Source: Patescibacteria group bacterium
GTDB lineage: Bacteria; Patescibacteriota; Patescibacteriia; JBAZBY01
Length of the DNA: 64,000 nucleotides
Reading direction: 5' to 3'
Assembly (NCBI GenBank): GCA_041671225.1
Contig: JBAZBY010000001.1
Coordinates: forward strand, 366,940 to 430,939
The number at the start of each line of letters is the position of its first letter. Positions within the stretch are counted from its first letter, which is position 1. The translations under genes and the position numbers were made by a program. Of the stretch, positions 56,514 through 64,000 are shown in pieces. Under the pieces are notes generated by a model. That model was not told the DNA's origin. It saw only the letters and a program-made list of their open reading frames with translations, and ran no database searches.

Positions 56514-57146
56514 TTATGTATAAGGGTATGGCTTATGACTTATGCGACCAATGTCCACCATAAGTTCGGTTGTTAATTGGTCCAGGAGCTGTTTATCATT
56601 TTCACGTCCTTTATATTCATGATACGTTCGCGGCGTGCCAAAGAAGAAGCGAGGAGGATTTTTCCAGATATCAAGGAATGCAGCGATAGCAGAAGGATGG
56701 TTTTTGCCCTGGATGCCAACCGGTAGTATTGGGATGTTGTTTTCAAGCGCAAAGCGCACGGCTCCCACTTTGCCCTTTGCGAGCTCTTGTTCTGTATTCC
56801 GGTATCCTTCGGGGAAGATACCAATACAATCACCTTTCGTGATGCGCGTGGCTATGTCATTGGTGATCGCTTCAAGTGGTTGATCGACCTTGATCATTTT
56901 TGTATCAAATATTTGCCAGTTGCGTGTTCGTGCAAGAAAAGCAGTTTTGCGTTTTGTGGCGTGCCATACGAGTACAGCGAGGAGAAGACCATCGAGCCAG
57001 TCGATATGATTACTTGCGAGAATAACGGGTTCCTTGGGCAGATTCTGTGTTTCTGTTGCGGCAACAATATGACGGAAGAGGCGCTGAAAAAAAAATTGCC
57101 AGAGCGCGTACATATTAGTAGGGATATTTTTTTTCACATAATCCAC
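56514..57146 (-). CDS. plsC: 1-acyl-sn-glycerol-3-phosphate acyltransferase (PlsC/LPLAT)
   Basis: Motifs SNHIDWLDG (HX4D), FPEGYRN and VPVGIQG. Confidence 0.8.
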   Translation of the reverse strand: MDYVKKNIPTNMYALWQFFFQRLFRHIVAATETQNLPKEPVILASNHIDWLDGLLLAVLVWHATKRKTAFLARTRNWQIFDTKMIKVDQPLEAITNDIATRITKGDCIGIFPEGYRNTEQELAKGKVGAVRFALENNIPILPVGIQGKNHPSAIAAFLDIWKNPPRFFFGTPRTYHEYKGRENDKQLLDQLTTELMVDIGRISHKPYPYT

Positions 57147-57753
57147 TGATCACCTGCATAATGGTACGGGTTGTGTCTTCCAACAGTTCATGTGTCACTT
57201 CTTCTGTATGTTGGAATTGTAGTGCCTGCCCAATGTGCACTTCTAATGGAGCACGAGAGAAAAAAAATGATCTCAGTGACTCCGCAGTATTTTTACCGCC
57301 CGGGGTGATAATGCCAACGGGTACAACAGGCAGATTCGAGCGCAACGCCAGACGTGCGGCACCTGTTTTTCCTTTTGTGAGCTTTTCCGTATCGTAGTTA
57401 CGCCTTCCTTCAGGGAACACGCAAACAGGGTTTCCTTTTTCTAGCCAGCGCATGGACCGCTCAAGACTTTCTGCTTTGTTCTCTGGATCAATGCCGATCA
57501 TGCCAAGGTAATGGCTGAATCTGCCAAATGCCTTCGCAACGCTTGTTTTGGTAATAAATCCAATTTTCTTTTTAATGTGCGGAATAAATACCAAACCAAC
57601 CATTGGTGGATCCAGGTAACTTTGATGATTCCCCACAATAAGAAATCCACCACTGCGCGGGATGTGTTCCTCGCCGGTTATCGTAAGACGCTTCCGTGCG
57701 AGCGGGAAGAGCGTGCATTGAAGAAAGAAGTAACCAGATGACATGGCTTTCAA
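57115..57753 (-). CDS. plsC: 1-acyl-sn-glycerol-3-phosphate acyltransferase paralog (PlsC/LPLAT)
   Basis: Motifs GNHQSYLDP (HX4D), FPEGRRN and VPVGIITPG. Confidence 0.8.
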   Translation of the reverse strand: MKAMSSGYFFLQCTLFPLARKRLTITGEEHIPRSGGFLIVGNHQSYLDPPMVGLVFIPHIKKKIGFITKTSVAKAFGRFSHYLGMIGIDPENKAESLERSMRWLEKGNPVCVFPEGRRNYDTEKLTKGKTGAARLALRSNLPVVPVGIITPGGKNTAESLRSFFFSRAPLEVHIGQALQFQHTEEVTHELLEDTTRTIMQVISGLCEKKYPY

Positions 57754-57787
57754 ACGAGGGCCGCCTACCGGCGGCCCTCATGAAGGT

Positions 57788-59773
57788 TTAGATGAAAAGT
57801 GGTGCAAGGATGAGAGAGACGACGGCCATGAGTTTGATGAGAATGTTCATGGCTGGTCCAGATGTGTCCTTGAATGGATCACCAACGGTGTCGCCGACCA
57901 CTGCAGCTTTGTGTGGCTCGCTGCCTTTGCCGCCGTGCGCGCCACCTTCGATGTATTTCTTTGCGTTGTCCCAAGCGCCGCCAGCGTTTGCCATCATAAG
58001 CGCGAGGAGTACGCCAGTGATGGTTGCGCCAGCGAGCAGGCCACCAAGAGCTTCCTTACCCAAGAGGAATCCCACGAGCACAGGAGCGACTACCGCAAGC
58101 ACGCCCGGAAGGATCATTTCTTTGAGTGCTGCGTTGGTGCTGATAGCAATAGTGCGAGCGGAGTCCGGTTTTGCGGTGCCTTCAAGTAGACCAGGAATTT
58201 CCCGGAATTGACGACGAACTTCTTGCACCATACTGCGCGCTGCCTTTCCGACAGATGTCATGGTAAGTGACGCAATCAGGAAGGGAAGAATGCCACCGAT
58301 AAACGCACCAACAATGGTCTCTGATTTCGTAATATCAATGGATTCTAATTTCACTGCCGTAGTATATGCAGAGAAGAGGGCGAGTGATGTGAGTGCTGCG
58401 GAGCCGATGGCAAAACCTTTGCCCATTGCGGCTGTCGTGTTTCCGAGCGCGTCGAGGCGGTCGGTTATTTTACGTGTATTTTCACCAAGACCGGACATTT
58501 CTGAAATACCGCCTGCGTTGTCCGCGATGGGTCCATATGCGTCAACAGACATCACAACGCCGATGGTTGCGAGCATGCCAACGGCGGAGATGCCGATGCC
58601 GTAGAGACCGGTGAGTTTGAAGCCGATAAAGATCGCCGCAGCAATGATGAGTACGGGGAGCGCAACCGATTCCATGCCAATGGCAAGGCCAGTGATGATG
58701 TTTGTTGCCGGGCCTGTTTCAGATGCCTCAGCGATTTTGCGTATGGGGCGTCCTGCGGTGTAATACTCGGTGATGAGCCCAATAGCGATTCCCGCGAGCG
58801 TACCCGTGACAACAGACCAGAAGACAGCGGTCGGTAATTTCAGCCAAACCCCAATGACATATGCCGCGCCGAGCAATACAACAGCCGCGACGTATGTGAC
58901 ATAGCGGAGCACCTTTGCAGGGTCGATGTTTTTGAGAACGCGAACAGAGAGAATGCCAAGAATAGATGCGATGAGTCCGATAGCAGCAATGAGAATAGGA
59001 AATACCATGTAATCCATCTTTGCAGCAGCGTATGCAGAACCGGTTGCTCCAATCGCAATGGCTGCCACGATCGAGCTGACATTTGATTCAAAGAGGTCGG
59101 CACCAAGCCCTGCTACGTCACCGACGTTGTCGCCAACACTATCTGCGATGGATGCAGGATTACGGGGGTCATCTTCTGGGATGCCTTGTTCAACTTTTCC
59201 AACAAGGTCGCCGCCAACGTCTGCCGTTTTGGTGTAAATACCGCCGCCAACGCGAGCAAAGAGCGCAATGGACGAACCGCCCATGGCGAGTCCAGAAAGC
59301 ACGATTGATGGGTCAACATCCGTTGAGAAGTATTGGAAGTACAGACCAAGGCCAATGAGTCCGAGCGATGCGACAGAGAGTCCCATCACGGCACCGCCGG
59401 AAAAAGCCGTCACAAGCGCGCGGGCTGTTCCGCCCTCACTCGCCGCTTGTGCTGTGCGTACATTTGCTTTGGTTGCTGCCTGCATACCAAAGATACCCGC
59501 AAGCATAGAGAGCACGCCGCCGGATATAAAGGCAACAGCAGTCCATGTGCCGATCTGCCACCAGAGGAGCGCAAAGACAACAACCATAAACACAGAGAGA
59601 ATACTGTATTCACGCTTCAGGAAGACGAGCGCGCCTTCATGAATGGCGGCTGCGATTTCCTGCATTTTTTCGTTCCCCGGGTTTTGCCGTTTTACGAGCG
59701 CATAAAAGACCCAGGCAAAGATGAGTCCGATGGCTCCGATGCCTGCACTGATGAATCCCAGATTATCCAACAT
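57788..59773 (-). CDS. hppA: Membrane-bound pyrophosphatase, K+-dependent type (GNTTAA)
   Basis: 661 aa. Motifs [20 protein letters not shown] and [13 protein letters not shown]. Confidence 0.9.
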   Translation of the reverse strand: MLDNLGFISAGIGAIGLIFAWVFYALVKRQNPGNEKMQEIAAAIHEGALVFLKREYSILSVFMVVVFALLWWQIGTWTAVAFISGGVLSMLAGIFGMQAATKANVRTAQAASEGGTARALVTAFSGGAVMGLSVASLGLIGLGLYFQYFSTDVDPSIVLSGLAMGGSSIALFARVGGGIYTKTADVGGDLVGKVEQGIPEDDPRNPASIADSVGDNVGDVAGLGADLFESNVSSIVAAIAIGATGSAYAAAKMDYMVFPILIAAIGLIASILGILSVRVLKNIDPAKVLRYVTYVAAVVLLGAAYVIGVWLKLPTAVFWSVVTGTLAGIAIGLITEYYTAGRPIRKIAEASETGPATNIITGLAIGMESVALPVLIIAAAIFIGFKLTGLYGIGISAVGMLATIGVVMSVDAYGPIADNAGGISEMSGLGENTRKITDRLDALGNTTAAMGKGFAIGSAALTSLALFSAYTTAVKLESIDITKSETIVGAFIGGILPFLIASLTMTSVGKAARSMVQEVRRQFREIPGLLEGTAKPDSARTIAISTNAALKEMILPGVLAVVAPVLVGFLLGKEALGGLLAGATITGVLLALMMANAGGAWDNAKKYIEGGAHGGKGSEPHKAAVVGDTVGDPFKDTSGPAMNILIKLMAVVSLILAPLFI

Positions 59774-59789
59774 GCTAAAAGCTTAATAC

Positions 59790-61229
59790 TTATGATTTCT
59801 TTTCTTCGTCCACCTGAGCTTCCTTATCTGCCGAAGCCTCGGCGGAGGCAGGAGCGGAGGAGGGTTCTTCTTGAGGGGGCTCTTTAGGCTGCACTTCTTC
59901 AATGGGCGCTTCTTCTTTTTTCTCTCCACCTTCACCTTCTGGAACTACGGCAGATTCGCCTTTATCCGCCGACTTGTCAGCGGAGGTGGGTTTTTTTTCG
60001 CCATCCTTGAGGCTTTCAGGAGACGCGCCATTGTCGGAAACAATATCAATTTTCCATCCGGTTAGCTTTGCCGCAAGCCGCACATTTTGTCCGTTGCGCC
60101 CAATTGCGAGCGAGAGTTGGTCTTCTTTGACCTCTGCTGTTGCAATTTTTCCTTCCTCATTAAGTTTGATAGAGAGGACTTTTGCGGGAGAGAGTGCATT
60201 GGTGAGAAATTGTACCGAATCATCACTGAATTCAATGATGTCGATCTTCTCACCGCCAATTTCTGTAATGATGGTTTGCACGCGCGTCCCACGCTGCCCA
60301 ACGCAAGAACCAACAGGGTCGATGTTCTTTTGGTTGGAAGCAACAGCGATCTTCGTGCGGCTTCCTGCTTCACGGGCGATTGCTTTGATCTCAACAGCAC
60401 CTGACGCGATTTCTGGAACCTCGGTTGCGAAGAGGAGCTTCACAATATCCGCATGTGCACGGGATGCAATAATTTCTGGACCGCGCGGTGTTTCACTCAC
60501 AGACGCAAGATAGAATTTAAAGCGGGAACCAGGACGGTAATTTTCAGCCGGGATTTGTTCTGGCGGCGGCATGAGTGCCGTTGCACGACCAAGGTCAACC
60601 AAGACCATGCGCCCCTCCACTCGCTGCACAAAGCCAGTAATAATTTGACCCTCGAGCTGTTTGTATTCGTTGTACATATTCTCACGCTCTGCTTCGCGGA
60701 GTCGTTGAATAACAACTTGCTTTGCCGTTTGTGCTGCCATGCGTCCATATGCTGCCGGCGGGAATAGTTCTGTGCGAATCACATCCCCAACCTTCGCGCC
60801 CTTTTTGAGTTCTTGTGCTTCTTCTTCAGCAATCATGGTTTTGGGGTCGAAATGCGGTTCTTCTTCCTCTTCCGTCCCTTCTTTCTTTTCTTCAGTATTT
60901 CTTGGTCGTGGCTGTGGTTCATCTTTTTCTTCTGCTATTGTTTCACCACGCGCTTCTGCCTCAACACGTGCCTTTTCAGCTTCTTCTCTTTCTTTGACGT
61001 ATTTTTTGTAAAGCGCGTTTTCAACAACGGCTTTGACGTCAAAAACGCGTGCGCCACCCGTTTGGGAGTCAAAATCTGATTCGATATTTTGGTTTTTTTC
61101 ACCAAAATCCTTACGGTATGCAACCGCAAGCGCCGCCTCAATAGTATTGATGACGCTTTCGTAGCTAATGTTCTTTTCCTCACAAATCTGCCGGATGGCG
61201 GATTCGATATCGTTCTCTTTTTCGGTCAT
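59790..61229 (-). CDS. nusA: Transcription termination/antitermination factor NusA with K/E-rich insertions
   Basis: S1 and KH domains (GQIITGFVQRVEGRMVLVDLG, KIAVASNQKNIDPVGSCVGQRGTRVQ). KE-rich insert and tail. Start taken at MTEKEND. Confidence 0.85.
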   Translation of the reverse strand: MTEKENDIESAIRQICEEKNISYESVINTIEAALAVAYRKDFGEKNQNIESDFDSQTGGARVFDVKAVVENALYKKYVKEREEAEKARVEAEARGETIAEEKDEPQPRPRNTEEKKEGTEEEEEPHFDPKTMIAEEEAQELKKGAKVGDVIRTELFPPAAYGRMAAQTAKQVVIQRLREAERENMYNEYKQLEGQIITGFVQRVEGRMVLVDLGRATALMPPPEQIPAENYRPGSRFKFYLASVSETPRGPEIIASRAHADIVKLLFATEVPEIASGAVEIKAIAREAGSRTKIAVASNQKNIDPVGSCVGQRGTRVQTIITEIGGEKIDIIEFSDDSVQFLTNALSPAKVLSIKLNEEGKIATAEVKEDQLSLAIGRNGQNVRLAAKLTGWKIDIVSDNGASPESLKDGEKKPTSADKSADKGESAVVPEGEGGEKKEEAPIEEVQPKEPPQEEPSSAPASAEASADKEAQVDEEKKS

Positions 61230-61309
61230 AGTATGATTATTACACAACAAATCACTAGTCTGAGACTAGCTGAGCAGGATTATAGCAAGCGAAGTACGAG
61301 CTGTAAAGT

Positions 61310-61681
61310 CTATTGAATATCCCTCACGTGTGTTATGTGGAGGTGGTCTTTTTGTCCGTCGAGCAGCAACGCATCCATGCGTATCGACCCATGATGTGGA
61401 TGCTGCAGAAGATAGTGTACAATAGTTGCGCGAATGCGTTGCCGTTTTTGCCATGTGATACTCTCTGCAGCTGAGCCAAAACTTTCATCTCGGCGCCACT
61501 TCACCTCTACAAAGACGAGTAGCGCGTCTTTTTGTACAATGAGATCTATTTCACCGCTGCGGGTAAAAAAGTTTCTATCGACAAGCGCAAAACCTTCTTG
61601 TGTAAGATATTGTAGCGCGATGCGCTCGCCAAGCTCTCCGAGTTTTCTTTTGGACATAAAAACCCCTTGGCCACTGGCCAA
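61310..61681 (-). CDS. YraN-family (UPF0102) endonuclease
   Basis: GEIDLIVQKDALLVFVEVKWRRD motif. Confidence 0.8.
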   Translation of the reverse strand: MASGQGVFMSKRKLGELGERIALQYLTQEGFALVDRNFFTRSGEIDLIVQKDALLVFVEVKWRRDESFGSAAESITWQKRQRIRATIVHYLLQHPHHGSIRMDALLLDGQKDHLHITHVRDIQ

Positions 61682-61709
61682 CGGGTCTCTGTATGTTTAC
61701 CGTAGCACG

Positions 61710-62318
61710 CTATTTCTGGAACAGCAAGCCGTAATGCTGTTCGCTCGCCTCGAAGTCATCAGTTTTCACCAGTCCCTGTGATTCCGCTGCCCGCACCGCA
61801 GCATCCTTCCTGATGAGATTCTCTGTTGGTGGAGCAAAGGCAAGTTTAGACTCCTTCCAATCCACCACTAATACCATACCGCCCTTCTTTACCATGCGGT
61901 GCGCTTCAGCAAACATGTTGTTGTGTGCTTTTGATTGATGCAGTACGTTGACGAGTAATGCGAGATCGAGCGACTCATTTGCAATGCGCCGCGCTGCACC
62001 AACCACTTCAAGATTTGACCACACGAGTTTAATATTCTTGATGCCGAGAAATTCTGCCTTACTCTTCAGCGCGGAGAGCGCATTCTTTTGAATATCGAGC
62101 GCATAGACAATGCCATTGTTGCCCACCATTTTTGCTGCTTGAAAAGTGAAGTACCCTGAGCCGCTGCCAAGATCGCCCACAATCATTCCTTCCTTTACGC
62201 CAATGCGACCCAGAATTTCTTGTGGGTTTAAGAATTGGTTCCCAGAGGGTGTTTTTACCATGTGTCTAGTATACGCCTTCGTTGTCTCAGACTCCAGTCT
62301 TCGTGTTGCTACTTCCAT
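61710..62318 (-). CDS. Class I SAM-dependent methyltransferase
   Basis: Motif I VGDLGSGSGYFT. Confidence 0.75.
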   Translation of the reverse strand: MEVATRRLESETTKAYTRHMVKTPSGNQFLNPQEILGRIGVKEGMIVGDLGSGSGYFTFQAAKMVGNNGIVYALDIQKNALSALKSKAEFLGIKNIKLVWSNLEVVGAARRIANESLDLALLVNVLHQSKAHNNMFAEAHRMVKKGGMVLVVDWKESKLAFAPPTENLIRKDAAVRAAESQGLVKTDDFEASEQHYGLLFQK

Positions 62319-62911
62319 TTATTCAATCTGAATGATTTGCGGTGAATAGCTGAGAGGCCATGTTCATGGATTTCCCTGCGGTGCTGCAACGTGCCATACC
62401 CCTTATGCGTGGCAAAACGGTATGCGGGGTAGTCCTGTTCTAGAGCGCGCATAATGCGGTCACGGGTTACCTTGGCAATAATTGACGCACAAGCAATGGG
62501 GAAGACATCGCGATCCCCATGAATGATTTTTTGCGATGGGTAGGGGAGTTTCAAAGCAAATCCATCTATTACGACATAGTCCGGAGCCTGCGTCAGATTT
62601 TTCACTGCCTGCGCTAGCGCCAGCAGATTTGCTTTTTGTACGCCACCGTTATCAATAACCTGTTCAGAAAGTATGGCAACAGCCCACGCCCGCGCCTTGG
62701 TGGTTATCTCTTCATATAATACTTCGCGCACCTTTTCAGCGATCTTCTTCGAATCCTGAACGCGCGGAATCTCTGCATCCATAGGCATGATGACTGCCGC
62801 GGCAACGAGTGGTCCTGCAAAGGCGCCTCGTCCCGCTTCATCCACGCCGGCGACTGCAAAAAAACCCTGCTGCGCCAGTGTTTCTTCATGTGTTCGTTTA
62901 AGCGGCTGCAT
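62309..62911 (-). CDS. rnhB: Ribonuclease HII
   Basis: VAGVDEAGRGAFAGPLVAAAV and DSKKI motifs. Start taken at MQPLKRT. Confidence 0.85.
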   Translation of the reverse strand: MQPLKRTHEETLAQQGFFAVAGVDEAGRGAFAGPLVAAAVIMPMDAEIPRVQDSKKIAEKVREVLYEEITTKARAWAVAILSEQVIDNGGVQKANLLALAQAVKNLTQAPDYVVIDGFALKLPYPSQKIIHGDRDVFPIACASIIAKVTRDRIMRALEQDYPAYRFATHKGYGTLQHRREIHEHGLSAIHRKSFRLNKWK

Positions 62912-63338
62912 TTTTTTGGTGTTCAATTCCGCGACGCACCACCATAATGCAGGAACCATCAGCCACGACGTCCAGGCCAAGTGTTTTTGCCTTGAGGCGA
63001 ATTTCTTCACTCTCTGCGCCCGGCTGGAACCACACCTTTTTTATATGTGAACGTTGCACGTCGTCAAGTAATCGTAATCCAATATCAGGAGGGACAACAA
63101 AAACTGCGACATCTGGTTTTTTTGGGATGTCCGCAAGTGCGGGGTACGTGGGGTATCCTTCGATCGTCGTTTGTTTTGGATTCACGCCAACCACGTTGTA
63201 GCCGGCATCACCAAGATTACGCAACACAATATTGCCGTATTTTTCACGTTGCGGAGATGCACCAACAATCGCGTAGAGAAAGTTTTTATTTATAAAGGCA
63301 CTGAAGTTGATTGCCATATCCACTGTAGGATACCGCAT
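62898..63338 (-). CDS. CoA-binding domain protein (YccU-like)
   Basis: AIVGASPQREKYGNIVLRNLGDAGYNVVGVNP. Confidence 0.7.
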   Translation of the reverse strand: MRYPTVDMAINFSAFINKNFLYAIVGASPQREKYGNIVLRNLGDAGYNVVGVNPKQTTIEGYPTYPALADIPKKPDVAVFVVPPDIGLRLLDDVQRSHIKKVWFQPGAESEEIRLKAKTLGLDVVADGSCIMVVRRGIEHQKNAAA

Positions 63339-63371
63339 AAACGTTCAGTAACAAAACCTTCCCTATGTTCT

Positions 63372-64000
63372 TTATATAAGAGAAATTTTTCCTTGCTTTG
63401 CGTCGACGGTTACACTGTCGCCTTCCTTGACCTTCCCTTCAACAATACGGAGGGCGAGTTCATCAAGCACGAGGTTTTGGATCGCGCGTTTTAAGGGTCG
63501 CGCACCAAAAGCAGCGTCATACCCTTTTTCGATGATCAGCTTTTTTGCTGCTTCGTTAACGGTCAGGGTAATGCGTTTTTCAAGGAGGCGTTCTTTTACC
63601 CGTTCAATTTGTATGTCCGCAATACGGTCAAGAATTTTTTCATCAAGTGAGCGGAAGATGATGATGTCATCAACGCGGTTGAGGAATTCTGGACGGAAGG
63701 TCTGTTGCAACATTGGCATAACAGCTTTTTCTATTTCATGTGCGCCCTTCCCAGCGAGTTTTTGTATCTCCGAGCTGCCAATATTTGATGTCATGATGAT
63801 AATGGCATTTTTGAAGCTCACGTGGCGACCCTGACCATCCGTGAGTTGACCATCATCAAGAACCTGGAGGAGTATATTAAAGACTTCCGGGTGTGCTTTT
63901 TCTATTTCATCAAAAAGAATAACGCTGTACGGACGACGGCGCACGGCCTCGGTCAGCTGGCCGCCTTCTTCATAACCAACGTATCCCGGCGGGGAGCCAA
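63372..64000 (-). CDS. AAA+ chaperone ClpB/ClpC, C-terminal part (gene continues beyond the window end)
   Basis: D2 domain sensor and C-terminal motifs [21 protein letters not shown] and [10 protein letters not shown]. Confidence 0.85.
   Translation of the reverse strand, partial: GSPPGYVGYEEGGQLTEAVRRRPYSVILFDEIEKAHPEVFNILLQVLDDGQLTDGQGRHVSFKNAIIIMTSNIGSSEIQKLAGKGAHEIEKAVMPMLQQTFRPEFLNRVDDIIIFRSLDEKILDRIADIQIERVKERLLEKRITLTVNEAAKKLIIEKGYDAAFGARPLKRAIQNLVLDELALRIVEGKVKEGDSVTVDAKQGKISLI

Overview
The window is a 64 kb, roughly 50% GC fragment of a compact genome that looks Candidate Phyla Radiation / Parcubacteria-like. This reading rests on the 16S gene (at 11872-13353, with a CAGCAGCAGCGGTAA variant at the 515F primer site), many small hypothetical, secreted and membrane proteins, charged low-complexity extensions on ribosomal and NusA proteins, a type IV pilus locus and two membrane pyrophosphatases.

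Main contents:
- Core genes include a conserved rpsP-KH-trmD cluster, msrA, nth, tig, nusA, rnhB, two tandem plsC paralogs, and a type IV pilus operon (pilB-pilC, three pilins, a vWA protein) with a separate PilT-like ATPase at the left edge.
- There are seven tRNAs: Ile and Phe downstream of the 16S gene, plus Pro, Gly-TCC, Leu-TAA, Gly-GCC and Cys.
- The 16S gene is unlinked from any 23S gene.
- Promoters follow TTGACA-N17-(TGn)TAYACT, and several genes have the ATG 6-7 nt after the -10 element (leaderless).

Most unusual regions:
1. A 4.1 kb GC-rich accessory island between the 16S gene and tRNA-Ile. It carries eight small plus-strand ORFs (2-TM proteins, a SAM methyltransferase, a Cys-rich 91-aa protein, basic small proteins). 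It is bounded by a triple GNRA-hairpin terminator array and by a duplicated structured RNA element that shows a compensatory base-pair change.
2. A GC-rich operon of secreted proteins, including a transglutaminase-like protein with a Por/T9SS-type C-terminal domain.
3. The tRNA-Gly(GCC)/tRNA-Cys locus carries an 86-bp tandem repeat and duplicated tRNA-end fragments that look like att-site scars; tRNA-Phe and tRNA-Leu have a shared hairpin family in their flanks.
4. Two membrane pyrophosphatase paralogs carry different K+-dependence signatures (GNTTKA versus GNTTAA).

No CRISPR array, cas genes, transposase, integrase or restriction-modification genes were recognisable.
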